DNA of 54,841 nt, the filler included, from Asterionella formosa (Eukaryota): the NCBI GenBank assembly GCA_002256025.1. It is 5 parts of 5 records of this genome, joined end to end, with 100 filler letters (N's around TTAATTAATTAA, not from the genome) between each part and the next. Parts side by side here need not be neighbours in the genome. Positions count along the whole stretch, not along the records: positions 10,995 to 21,889 come from NKIB01009043.1; positions 21,990 to 32,881 come from NKIB01009044.1; 3 more parts are not named here. One strand, given 5' to 3'. Below are positions 11,400-23,070 of the stretch, piece after piece. The notes below the pieces were generated by a model that was not told the origin of the DNA, made no database searches, and was given only the letters and a program-made list of their open reading frames with translations. The translations under genes were made by a program, and so were the position numbers. Position 1 is the first letter of the stretch; every line of letters begins with the position of its first letter.

Positions 11400-12780
11400 G
11401 TTCTCCTTGTGTCCTTATGAACCAAGTGCAATTAGATGTGCAGATTCAACATACCATAAAATTTTATTTGCCCTCACCCATTGTTGCAAACTGATGCATG
11501 ACTTTTCAAACAATTATATTTTGAAATATCATGTTTCAAAGATTTGATTTGAAACATACTGGCACTTATGAGCCAGGTATCAATATGTGATAATCTATAT
11601 CAGTCAAGCCACTGCCTCCTATATTTGTATCTATCAGTCTCTCCCATGACTTCATGCTCAAAGATCAACGATATAGCATTGAACAAGTATTGGAACGGTT
11701 GTCTGGAAATTCATGCCATCCTTGACGAAACCTAGCTTGCCAAGGATACTTCCTCAAGCGATTGTGTAAGGTCAATCTATTCCATCGAGAATGCTGATTA
11801 GTAGGCCAAAAATCAACAATTTGGCATAGTCATTCTGCGAGCCTTCTTGTTTCCAAAAAGCTCATGTTCTGTAATTAACTCACAAAAAGTAGGAAAAAGT
11901 TAATTTCAATATCGCCAGGATCAGAGTTAAGAACTTGACAAAGGTTGCTTAAATAGGTGAAGGCAAATCTTTATGTGTTACCAAAAGTTGCTTATTTTCA
12001 AGCCGTATTCTATGAAAGGGTCTGTGTTCAATTAATCCCTTTTCAAAAGGGAAATATTAGCTTGACCAATCAATAAATTGTTTGAGCCTTGAGCCAGTCC
12101 TGCCCCTATGCTATCTAGACGATCAGTCGGAGGGTATTAAAAAATCTAATTGTTGTTACGCTATATTTGGGATCAATGTATGAGACCCTACATCGAGATC
12201 AGATATTATAGTAAGTGGTCTAACGAGGTTATGTCTATCACTACTAGGCTAAATGTTAGTCCTAGATGTCTATAACTAAATCATATATCTGGATTTGTGT
12301 GCATCATCGCACCATTCTCATATGTCAGATCCACCAAGCCAGTTCGCTTCTACTTTAGTAGTGCTCGTGGATACAGTTACCGGTTGCTATAATTTTTGAT
12401 TAATTATAGCTATTTACATAGTCTTATGCACATGCTCCTCAATGTACCATAGGTCAGCCAAGATGTCAAGGCTTTCGCACACTCTGCTGTTTGAATATCC
12501 ACGTAGCCTTGCTGTGACTAGCCTGAAATAATGCAGTTTGACGTTTTTCAGATTGTATTGAACTGTGCGCTGGGGGGGGACTGTATCNNNNNNNNNNCCC
12601 CGCCCCCCACCCCCCCCCCCCCCCCCCCCCCCCCCCCGCGCCCCGCCCGGCCCTGTATCATGTTCAGCAACATTCAAATCCAAGGCATATCCTTGCCCAA
12701 ACAATGTTGATGAAAGGTTCTTGATGTCAGTGCAAACACACAGGGAAAACTTGATCATATCCAATGACAGAAATCAAAAC
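11400..12780 (-). mobile_element. Highly decayed non-LTR retrotransposon RT remnant
   Basis: Minus-strand peptides SILGKLGF (~11730-11755) and IGGSGLTDI (~11597-11623) parallel ASLGKMGF...GPKDRVCLSMVDL of the element at ~30000. Many stops. Confidence 0.4.
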
Positions 12781-13911
12781 TTTGGTGAGAGAATGTATTT
12801 CACATGAACAATATATCTATATATAAATATATATATATTATATATTTGTATATGTATGAATGATTTGAGATTGAAGAAAGGTGATTATGACGTGACGACA
12901 TGCATGGTGGAGGGATTCCATACGGTAGTAGGCGCCATGGTGAATGAATCCCATTGCAAGTTGGGAATGATATACATATGGAACCATGCATGGTATTTGA
13001 GTAAGTATTGCTGGTTGGGGGACTGAATCAATTTGAAGCATATTGCTGCTTTGCTTTCAATGTTTACTAACAATAGCATAGCACAATCACAATAAATAAA
13101 ACAGGTAAGACTCTATTTGCTAAAAATGTTTAGCTATTGTCTGAATTCCCCTAAGGCTTCCCTAGCTTAAGTGGATTCCCACATTCGGATCCAAAATTTT
13201 TGCCTTTTCGTTATTATCGATATCATGAGGATGTACAGCCAAGTTGTCACTCCAAGTTATTCAAAATGTGCACCAGCAAACCTCTAAGCTTGAGATCTAT
13301 GGATACATTATATAGAGAAAATCAAAACTGGCAACAGAATTTAAAGACTCGTTTGGCGCTTTTTCGGCCGATTATTGCTTTTTCCTATCTTGATCTAAAT
13401 GCAGAGCCATTAGCCACTTTCCCTTGCAAACCAGGCAAGACCGAATCGAACCAAACAATTTCTCCTAAAAACCGGGAATTGAAGCACAAAATTTTCAGTT
13501 CGAAGGCAGCATGCTGAACCACTCAAGCCATTCCCCAGCTAGCTATAAGTACTCTCAGTATTAATAGTGCTGTCAACAATTGTCGAAGACATTCAGTAAC
13601 GGCATTCTTCTGATGGCTGTTTGAAAAAAAGTCCCTCATTCATTTCAATAACTAACAATTCATTAGAATCAAAATTTCAAAATAAGAACTTTTATATTCA
13701 ACACTATAGTTTTTAGTCATTTTATCCAGAAAACTAGCTGGTATGAATAATCATGAACAATTAGAGTTTATCTACATGCACTTGCATCATGAAGCCCAAC
13801 CTGCCCTTGTTTGGTCAATCAATAATAATAATAGCAAGTGAAAGCATTGTTGAGTTCCATCATCTCTTAAAGGAATCAAAGAATTAGGTTCTTTTATTTC
13901 ATTTTCATCTA

Positions 13912-14289
13912 TGATAAAATATATGGAATCCAACGAGTCGAGAATCGATGTTATTAGTGATTACAAACCAAGACATGCAATGCTTATTGTCAAATGAATT
14001 GAGATGCTTACTTTTTGAAAAATGAATTGAGATGCTTACTTATTGTCAAATGAATATAATTAATCATTTTCAAAGTAAGCAACATCTTATTGACGTGAAC
14101 AAGGAAAGTGTGAGATGTCTTGTTCAGGATTACTTGAGTAATCAGGCAAGAACAAGACCAGATAGAGTATTAACAGATAGCTCACAATATTATAAAGTGT
14201 AAGAGAAAATACGTTTTCAGCTTTTGTGATCTTTAAAGTAAAGATCAGGGAAGTAAAGATCAGGGATATTTCAAATAGACAATTGAACA
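13912..14289 (+). repeat. 5' LTR of the copia element
   Basis: Starts TG, ends CA, and aligns with 17805-18139. Contains short internal duplications (AAATGAATTGAGATGCTTACT x2, AAGTAAAGATCAGGG x2). Confidence 0.88.
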
Positions 14290-17200
14290 TGTTTTAAAAC
14301 AAACCTACAGGTCTGGAAAAATGGCTTCGGCCGATGCGAAATCAGGTGAGAATGTTTGCTTGATCAAGTCCGATGAAAGCGAGAATGCCTGGCATAAGTG
14401 AAGTATTAAGACTATTCAGCTTGCGAAATCTAAAAGTTTTGGTCATGTTCATGCCAAAGACACAAAGCCAATCAATGATGACGCCTATTTGGTGTCTACT
14501 GATGACGACAAGAAGAAGAAGTATGAGTGGAATGAGAATGCATAGCTAGCTATCAGCTATTGATTCTTGGTGTCAGTGGGATTGCATTTGGGATCGTGAA
14601 TTCAGCCAAAACAGATGGTTTGATGGATGGAGATGATTTTCTTGTCTGGCTGTATTTGGAGGATCGCTATGCTCCTCTCATCAAGTTACTTATTTGATTC
14701 AGCTAACTGGCGAATTCAACGATTGTGCTTTGGAGAGTAATAAAGCGGACCCAGTTGAATGGTTCATTGCTCTTAATAACAACAGGAATAGGATGCGTCA
14801 AATAAGCACGTAGATCATGGAATATCTCACAATACTGATGATGATTTCGAAATGATTGACTTGACTACAAACAAAAAGAATGATTTTGATTATAAACATG
14901 TTAACGATACCGAGGGCTACACTACATACAAGAAAACAGAATATGCTTTAAATGGAGTGATTTTTGAAGTTGAGGATGAAGGAATCAATCAAGCACATCA
15001 TACAAGCATCGAAATCAGTGAGAGTAAAGTTTGCGCATCAAGTGATGAAAATGAACGTGCGTTGGTTAGCAGATACAGGCGCTACAAGTCATATTACTAT
15101 GTGCAATTAGCATTTGACAAATGCAAAAGAAGTCGATGTAGGTGTTGCAGTAGGCGATGGTAAAGAAGTCATTTTCAAGGAGCGCAGAGATGTCTGCATG
15201 CGAAACAAAGTGACCAGTGAGACAATTTTGCGTAAGAATTTCCTATATACACCTCCCCTTTTCATAAAAACATTGTTAGCATTGGTAATTTTGTACGAGA
15301 TGGTAATTACGAACTTTGGATGAAGCACAACAAAATGAATTCGTTAAAAATGGGAAAAACTGAGATGCTAGATTTCAAACATGATCATTGTGATGTTTTG
15401 TACTATTTCCAAGGAACTCGTGGAATTTTCTCAGGAGGGACTGATATTTTATTGGCAGTGTTCATCACACCGAAACTGACTGTCATGAACATTAATGAAG
15501 CTCACGCTAAATATGGACATATAGGGGAAACAGCGTGCGGGCTACTATGTAATCGCTTGTTATTAATTTGACAGGTCTTATGTATGCATGTGAGGGATGC
15601 GCACTAAGTAAGGCTAGCTAATGCGAAAAATGTTCCAGGGGAATAGCTTAGCTGTTCGCACACCTTCTGCAGCGGCTGGTCCGATTCCTTCATTCACCAC
15701 CTGTCTTTTTCATGTAGTCCCTAGTAGGGTTCTGGGGGGGTGCGGCTGACGAACAGACAGGTCCTGTTGTACTGTACAGACGAATAAAACCGGTACTAAT
15801 TGTGTCCATTTATTTGGTCCCGACTGCGATTTTTGGATAGATTTAACGTACTATAAATTTTCTTTGTTAAGGAGAAGTCACAACTTGCTTCAAAGACTGA
15901 AGATTTGCTGACTTCATTGGAAAAAATAATGAGTACATCACTAAGTTTCTCTGTTGCTGTGACAATGCGGGCGAAAATGTATCAGGTTTGACAAAACTAT
16001 GTGAAAAATTCAATATTCAAATTGAATTTATGGAGCCCTACACGCCAGAACACCATAGAATTGTTGAGCGAAAGTTTGTAACCATTTTTCAACTAGCATG
16101 TGCAGCAATGCTTGCTGCAAAATTCTTTGATGAATTTCAAAGTTTAATTTGGGCAGAGACACGCATTCAACACCAGCCAATACAAGAATCAAGAACATTG
16201 TGGCCACATCTAATGATATAAAAAGTGCAGATGAGAAGTGCAATAATAAGATTCCATCGACTTACCATAATCTAATGCAGTTTGGCAGGATCGGATGGGT
16301 CAAAATCGGTGGCAAGAAAACCAATAAATTTGAAGAAAAGGCCCTCGAATGTGTGATGGCTGGTTATTCTCATAATCATGCTGGACGCATACATCGAATG
16401 TTTCATCCTCAAACACAAAATATTGTAAACAGTCTTAACATTTGCTGGGCTGACAGACGTGGTCAAAAAAGTCCAATTGCTGGTTTAAAGGATTTCAATG
16501 TGGAAGGGGACACAGAAATAGTTGATATTTCAATTGAGGATGCCACCTGTCCAGGATACCGTTTTGGAAACACATGTTCCAGTTGTGAAACACACTCGAT
16601 TTCAGCTTTCTGAAGCAGTGGGGAAGTCAGATTATAAGATCAATAATGATGCTTCAAAGAAAGCAAAATTGGAATGAGAATTGAAACTGCCAGAAGGTTG
16701 GAATAAAGTCACTGGCAAACGTAGTGATAATGGCAGAAAATCGTTAGGAACACATTGGGTATTCAAGAAAAGATTCCAAACAGGATAAAAGTATTCGGTA
16801 CAAAAACCGTAATTTTTAGTGAAAGGCTACGTTCAAATCCTCGGACTAGACTTCACTGAGCGATTCTTTTGCTCCAGTTGCAAAAAATTCTTCAATTCAT
16901 ATGATATTTGCCTTCTCGTTATACGAATTGGATGAGTCCGAGGACAAAAGATGGGTGGGCGAAATCACTAATGTCGACGCTGTCTCTATTGAAGGAGATA
17001 CGAGAGAGCAAATCTGCATTGAATGGCCAGATGGGAAGTTAGAGTTTGGTTTCGAAACACAAGAAACAATGAAAAACATTTGCAAAGTATCCGATAGATG
17101 CATCAACCTCAGCATTGCCAGGAATTATTGTTGTATTTGGTGAAGAAAGATGGATCAGTATGCGCAAATGCACATCGAAAACTTTCCCAACATTTAGAAA

Positions 17201-17804
17201 ACCCAGTATAGGCCGATTGGATTGCTGTTGAACGTTTGTTAGGATTCATTGCAACTGATGGAAGGAACAGAAAATTGAAAATGAGACCACCACATGAATT
17301 ACGAGTTCAAGACGTGGTAGACAGCTCATTTGGAGACAATCCAGATAACAGGTACCAGGAAATCGACAAGTGCATATTTGGGCACCATTGACGGTGCATG
17401 CTTAGTGAATATGATTTCTAAAGGACAACAGATTGTCACTGACTCCAGCACTGAAGCAGAGTATGTGGCACTATCAGATAAATCAAAGGAAACTACTTTT
17501 ATAATGAATCTACTCAATGAAGTGGTTGAACATATGGAAAGTCCCAGCATTATTGTTGAAGAAAATACAGGTGGATTTTTTTATCAAAGAATCAACAGGA
17601 TGGTTCACGAACTAAGCAGATGTGAGATATCATTTCATTCGAGAGAAGGTGAAGTATGGGGATATTAGAGTTGATTATGTGAATGCTTTGAAGAATCTGG
17701 CAGACCTACTCTCAAAGAAGGTCATTCAGAAATTTCATCACACTTATGTAACTTACATTATGAATGGGACTATGGGTTGTTGGTATCGAGATCAGGGAGA
17801 CGGG

Positions 17805-18139
17805 TGAAAAAATACATGGAATCTAACAAGTCAAGAATCGATTTTTTTCGTGATTAGAAACCAAGACATGCAATACTTATTGTCAAATTAATTGAAATGC
17901 TTAATTTTTGACAAATGAATATGCTTACTTATTCTCAAACTAAGCAACATCATATTGACGTGATCAAGGAAAGTGTGAGATGTCTTGTTCAGGATTACTT
18001 GAGTAATCAGGCAAGAACAAGACTGGATTGACTATTAACAGATAGCTCACAAAATTATTAAGTGTAAGAGAAAATACGTTTTCAGCTTTTGTGACCTTTA
18101 AAGTAAAGAGCAGAGATATTTCAAGTAGACAATTTAACA
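17805..18139 (+). repeat. 3' LTR of the copia element
   Basis: Starts TG right after the polypurine tract, ends CA, and aligns with the 5' LTR. Confidence 0.88.
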
Positions 18140-18429
18140 CGCGTCGAAATCCGGAATCTCCTCGGCTCTTCTTCTGCTGTTGCCTCAACTAGTAGTTGTG
18201 AAATTTTCTCGATCTACTGGTAAAAATAGGATTCCAAATTGGATGGGAAGGAGCTTTCCAAAGTGTCTGATTCCGAATATGGATCTGCATTGTGAGTGAA
18301 TGATTAGCATCTCCTACCCTGGTCAATCAATGAGATTGTTTAATTCTATAACAATTGATAACTATATTCTCCTTCCCTTTTTTGTATTAATATTACTACT
18401 CCTGTCTTTGCTTGACATTTCGTTTTATC

Positions 18430-18800
18430 ATTAGTGTTATCCCATAGATCCAGCAAGCAATTCGAAAATGAAGTAATGACGCCCATGCAGACTGCAGCTT
18501 GATTTGAATCACTTTACCCGGAGCTGCTTCTATATTAGGAACAACAACAGCAGGAGCATGAATAAAATCAACAGTAATACACACCCTATGCCCTTTATTT
18601 CCATGTTGATCCAATGTTAGATCAGTCCCTCATGACAACCTTAAGTATTTGTGACAAGGTACTGATGCATACTTATGGAAGAGAATAATTTCAAAACACC
18701 AGGGCTTTGATTTCGCAAGGATGACGGCAATTTTTGATCAGGTAAATTAAACAAAGACGGTTCCAATCTCGCCTAGCACAATTGACTCAACTTTCTTTTG
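18430..18800 (-). mobile_element. Possible transposase C-terminal remnant (CACTA/Plavaka-like)
   Basis: VDFIHAPAVVVPNI...IKLQSAWASL resembles, from memory, the C-terminus of such transposases. It is short and decayed. Confidence 0.25.
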
Positions 18801-18939
18801 TGGTTGCACAATCAACAATCAAAGTCAAGTTGCCGTTGATCTACTGACATATCCTAATTTGTGTGCTTGTTGAGAAGAGGTGACTCGAAGAAAAATGGGT
18901 CCTCATGCACCAGCTGTATTTTGCTCCAGATAGGCTTAA

Positions 18940-19138
18940 GTGAAAATCGAAAAGCCCAAAAACATTTTTTTGAAATGTACTTGCTAACTTTAATCGTTCT
19001 ATACATATTATATACAAGGATCTGTAGCTTAGGGCAAGCCGCACAATAGGGCAATTAAGCCGGAGAAAATTGTAGGAGTCAAAATGGCCCTTGAGGAATT
19101 TGAATTATTGTTGCAACTAATATTGGACAGAGGGAGTA
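18940..19138 (-). mobile_element. Solitary terminal fragment of the same mariner family as 5800-7432
   Basis: GCAAGCCGCACAATAGGGCAATT..GC.GGAGAAAAT and AAATCG.AAAAGCCCAAAAAC are shared with 7237-7432. It ends ...GGACAGAGGGAG|TA, which is TA|CTCCCTCTGTCC on the minus strand, a Stowaway/plant-mariner-type TIR. Confidence 0.85.
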
Positions 19139-20257
19139 GCTCACAATATTACAGACTGCAAAGCGAAAATATGTTCTCAGCTTTGCTTAGCGATTGTAAT
19201 AGTAAGATCAGTGATATTTCAACTAGACAATTTGACAAATCTAATCAACCTGGTGTAACAATTTGCAACAAATGGTGGACTCCTTGTGAAAAATATGCAC
19301 GACCTATTATGTATAACTGGTGTACCAGGGTACGAGACCTTCGATGGTACGGTAGTGGTACTCCATGAACCGGGTAGAATACAATACCGCCTATAAATAC
19401 ATACCGGTAGTAGACTTGGGATTATGCCGACTTTTTACACTACGATGATACCGGTATAATGTGGAGATTTATTACCGGTATGTCTTTTCTTTGTCCTGGT
19501 ATATCCTGGTTGAACAAAAATTTAAAGTCGTGTTTCCGTTAAGCGACTAACAATGCGCATCTCTACCCCTACATAGTACTATTCTAACTGACGATACATA
19601 TTACCGGTATCATCGTACCTGGTACCCCCTCACCCCCTGGTACTGCACGCATTTCGGAACGAATACATATCCTCCCAATTTATGTTCATCCGTACTTATG
19701 CAATGTAGACCTACATGGACTAAAACCTCAATTTCGATGCACATTCATTATGAGCTGTATGCGTTGCGGCTATATAAAGCACAGGGACCGCCTACAGGTA
19801 TACTTACTGCAGTACCATGTACCAGTTGGTACGTAGCTGTGTTTAGTACTGGGATAGGTGCTGGGTTACTTATGATTCCTTAGTTAATCGTACTTCCTTG
19901 TACATGCCTAATTAGAAACCATGTCGTCCATGCAATTTCCACGGACATATTTTGTGTATCTTATATTACCGGTCTAACATATGTAGATCTATAAATATCG
20001 GAAAGCAGCTTATCGACAGCATAAAGCAGGATAAATGATCAGCCATTTTGGAACAATTATTCTACCTAATTTCGACCATGCATCAGATGTAAACCGGTGA
20101 CCGGTCTTTCTTTTTGTGCGTTAATCGATGACCCTACGTATGTACGAACAACTACCAGCAAAAAAAGACAATGAATCCACCAAAAGAAAGAAACACAAAA
20201 AAACACACGAGAATGAGTTTCTCTCGACATCAGCCATCTTTCCACCGCACCGCCAGA

Positions 20258-21889
20258 ATGATCTTTCTTTCACTGGTATTCACCGTTGCTCTCTTTGCTG
20301 GATCAGTGGAGGCTCAGTGTTTTGATAACCTCGATAATATCTCGAACATCGAGTTATATTATATCGACCCTTTTAATCCAACGCAGATACTACCTCGGGA
20401 GTACATTCTCTGCCCATTTACTGACTATGAAGTCGGGCTTTTCAACGGAACGATGGTTATTGACGGTCAACAGCCACTTTTTTTGAGGTCTAATGCGACT
20501 ATCAAGTGTGGCGAAGACGGTAGGCGAGAAAACAATTGCATTATTACGAAAGGAAGCTTTGGTGTGTTCATCAACTCGTTCCCGAGTTATGATGGTATAT
20601 TATTGGATAACGTTGTTTTCCAAGGCCTTACTTTTCAATCAATTCAAACGCAAACTTTCTATTTAGAAGGTTACGGAGGAAAAGTTGATGTGATTGACTG
20701 TGCGTTCTTGGATGCAACCAATATAGCAAACGTTGCAGCCATTGGCGTTGCCCCGCCTGCTCGACGAAGGGAAATGATTGAACAAGGAGTTAATCCATCT
20801 TCGTATGCGCCCTCTCGTCGACTGGCATCAGCATTGTCCGTCAACGAAGAAAATTTGCATCGAGAACTTGGGGATGGAACTGATTTCCCAGTACTAGATC
20901 TTACGTTCAAGAATTGCACCTTCAAAGGGAACAAAGGACTCCCCAATCCAGGATCAGATCCTTTGATGCAAAGCCTCGTTGTAGCACTTTACTCTTGGCA
21001 AAAAACAACCTTTGACGGATGTGTCTTTCAAGATAATGATTTCAGTGACAACAGTTCCGCAACTGTAAGTTGTTGATCACAATGACAAGTGTTTCAAATT
21101 GTCCTCCTCAGCGTTTTCTTACAGGAAGTGGATCACAGTTGTCTAGGGCTATCATTTCCAACGAGGGGGGCGGAGAATTGGTACTTATCAACAACTGCTT
21201 TGTCGAGAATCTTGCTATTTTGGCGCTTGTGATACACTATTCTGACGTTGTCATGGCGGTTTCTTCTGGCAACTACGTAACTGCAGATACTGATTTGAAA
21301 TGTAATTTCTTGGCTTGGTATAATAGTTTTGCGAACAACAGTGCTGTGATTGGTGGTCCAATCTGTAGAGGGGCCGAACAAGACATTTGTGTTTTGGAAT
21401 CCGCGAATCTGGGACCGAGTGCACCAACGAAAGCCTCTGTTTCTCCAACACCACTGCCCAATTCCTCGACGCCGCTTTCACCTACACAATTCTCTGCTCC
21501 ACTTACCATGACTCCAAAGTTATCTACGTTGCTTCCAAGTAAGTTTCCTGTAATTCATGGAGCTGTAAATGCATCGACTCCAGCACCTTCTGTCTCTTTG
21601 ACTATGGTACCAACAAGAACTCACAACTTACGCCATCATTCACTCCAGGTATATCGCCAATGACTAACCCGGTCAATTTCTCGCTACCGAACGAATGTAC
21701 AATTGGAATGACAATCTCTGATCGAGACAGAAATGAATTCATCTCTCAGGACTCTGAATACGCCGTCTTTGTCAACCGTTTGTCAACCAACTCGTTTTTG
21801 GGACTTACGTATGCTCAGTTGCCATCAATTCTGCAGCTCAACTATGAAGCGTTGGCAGAGAATTCGAGTGGAATTGGAGTTGCAGGATC
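20258..21889 (+). CDS. Secreted/cell-surface protein: Cys-containing, possibly beta-helix N-domain, Pro/Ser/Thr stalk and further domain; 3'-partial with an apparent frameshift
   Basis: Signal peptide MIFLSLVFTVALFAGSVEA-Q (an upstream in-frame ATG lies at 20213). Repeated 'F.NC.F..N' motifs. GTAAGT intron 21065-21138 keeps the frame. P/S/T tract ~21415-21680, then a frame change near 21620 into TPSFTPGISPMTNP...EYAVFVNRL...LPSILQ. Runs into the gap. Confidence 0.7.
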
Positions 21890-22379
21890 NNNNNNNNNNN
21901 NNNNNNNNNNNNNNNNNNNNNNNNNNNNNNNNNTTAATTAATTAANNNNNNNNNNNNNNNNNNNNNNNNNNNNNNNNNNNNNNNNNNNNGTCAAAATCTC
22001 TAAATATATATATTGACACTCCAAGTCGCTGAATGTATATACCGGTATATGCTAAAAATACGATCAACATGTATGCATGGACACTCTATACTCCGATTCA
22101 CGATTTTATATGCTATGCATTGAATCCGTTCGACACATTCAAATCGTTCAATATGTATATATACTGTACATACATTTAGGTTCTACATCGCTTCATGTGG
22201 ATACACCAGTACTACAATCTATACTCCTATCGACGAATATGGGTCATGTATACGACCCGGCGGCTCGGCAAATATTTGAAAGTGCACCCAAGGAGCGGTA
22301 CGTGTACCGGTATGTCCAATGATGATCATCTACTGGTACCCGTCGTGAATATAGGACCGGACTGTCAGTACACCCTAGA

Positions 22380-23066
22380 AAATGTTACATGTTGATCCAA
22401 TGTGGCCAGCGTGGGTTTGCACGACCTCGAAAACCAGGCCAATCAAACAGAGGAATGTACTTCATGCTCACCAATCATATTATATATCTGGAAGCGGGTA
22501 CTTACAATGGAATTTTTCGGACAGGAGATTTTAGGACTAAAAATTCCGGCACACGACTGCCATTCCAATGATGACGTTTCGGCACTTAATAATTCTGATT
22601 CCGATATTTTGGCGACCGTAGAAAAGGCCGATTTTGTCGAGTTTTTGGACGACGATAGCTAAACGTTGGCTGGGTCTGACGGCGATTTAGATACATAGGT
22701 AGCTTTCAAATAGCATCAGTATATAACTTCTGGCGAGAAACTGCAGAAAGGAACTTCGGTTTTTTTACTATGCCAAATAAACAGATTTCCCCCGAAATTT
22801 CGAGTCTTTTTAGCCTAGTTAAAAAACCGAAGTTCCTTTCTGCAGTTTCTGACCAGATCCTATATACTGACGATATATAGAGTGAACCTACACCCCTACT
22901 TTGTCCGAAGACTGTATTTAAGCATATGGAAAGGGTGTGTATTGGTGAAAGCTCCGTTGAGCGTTATACATATTTAATTTGAATGTGAAAAGTATGTGTT
23001 TGATTAGTCTGACTCAATAATATTTTATTAACCCTACCTCGAGCTAGGGGTTCAAATGCAGCAACC
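22380..23066 (-). mobile_element. Non-autonomous TTAA-terminated element, family C (terminus GGTTGCTGCATTTGAACCC), one end only
   Basis: 22785-23066 is the inverted counterpart of 43321-43600. It ends ...GCAGCAACC|TTAA and has an internal perfect 30-bp inverted repeat 22736-22765/22821-22850. The left boundary is uncertain. Confidence 0.75.
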
Positions 23067-23070
23067 TTAA

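Larger units (their letters stand above)
13912..18139 (+). mobile_element. Degenerate Ty1/copia LTR retrotransposon with both LTRs
   Basis: TG...CA direct repeats 13912-14289 and 17805-18139, with purine tract AGGGAGACGGG before the 3' LTR. Domain order: gag remnants, pre-integrase (AHAKYGHIGE...CEGC), integrase (CDNAGEN, EFMEPYTPEHHRIVERKF), partial RT (KGYVQILGLDFTE), RNase H (SSTEAEYVALS, RYHFIRE). Confidence 0.92.

Noticed and set aside
12571..12660. Poly-C/G run (G-quadruplex, poly-Gly/Pro ORF) flanked by CTGTATC twice
   Set aside because: It abuts an N gap and is probably low-quality read-end sequence or a contig overlap.
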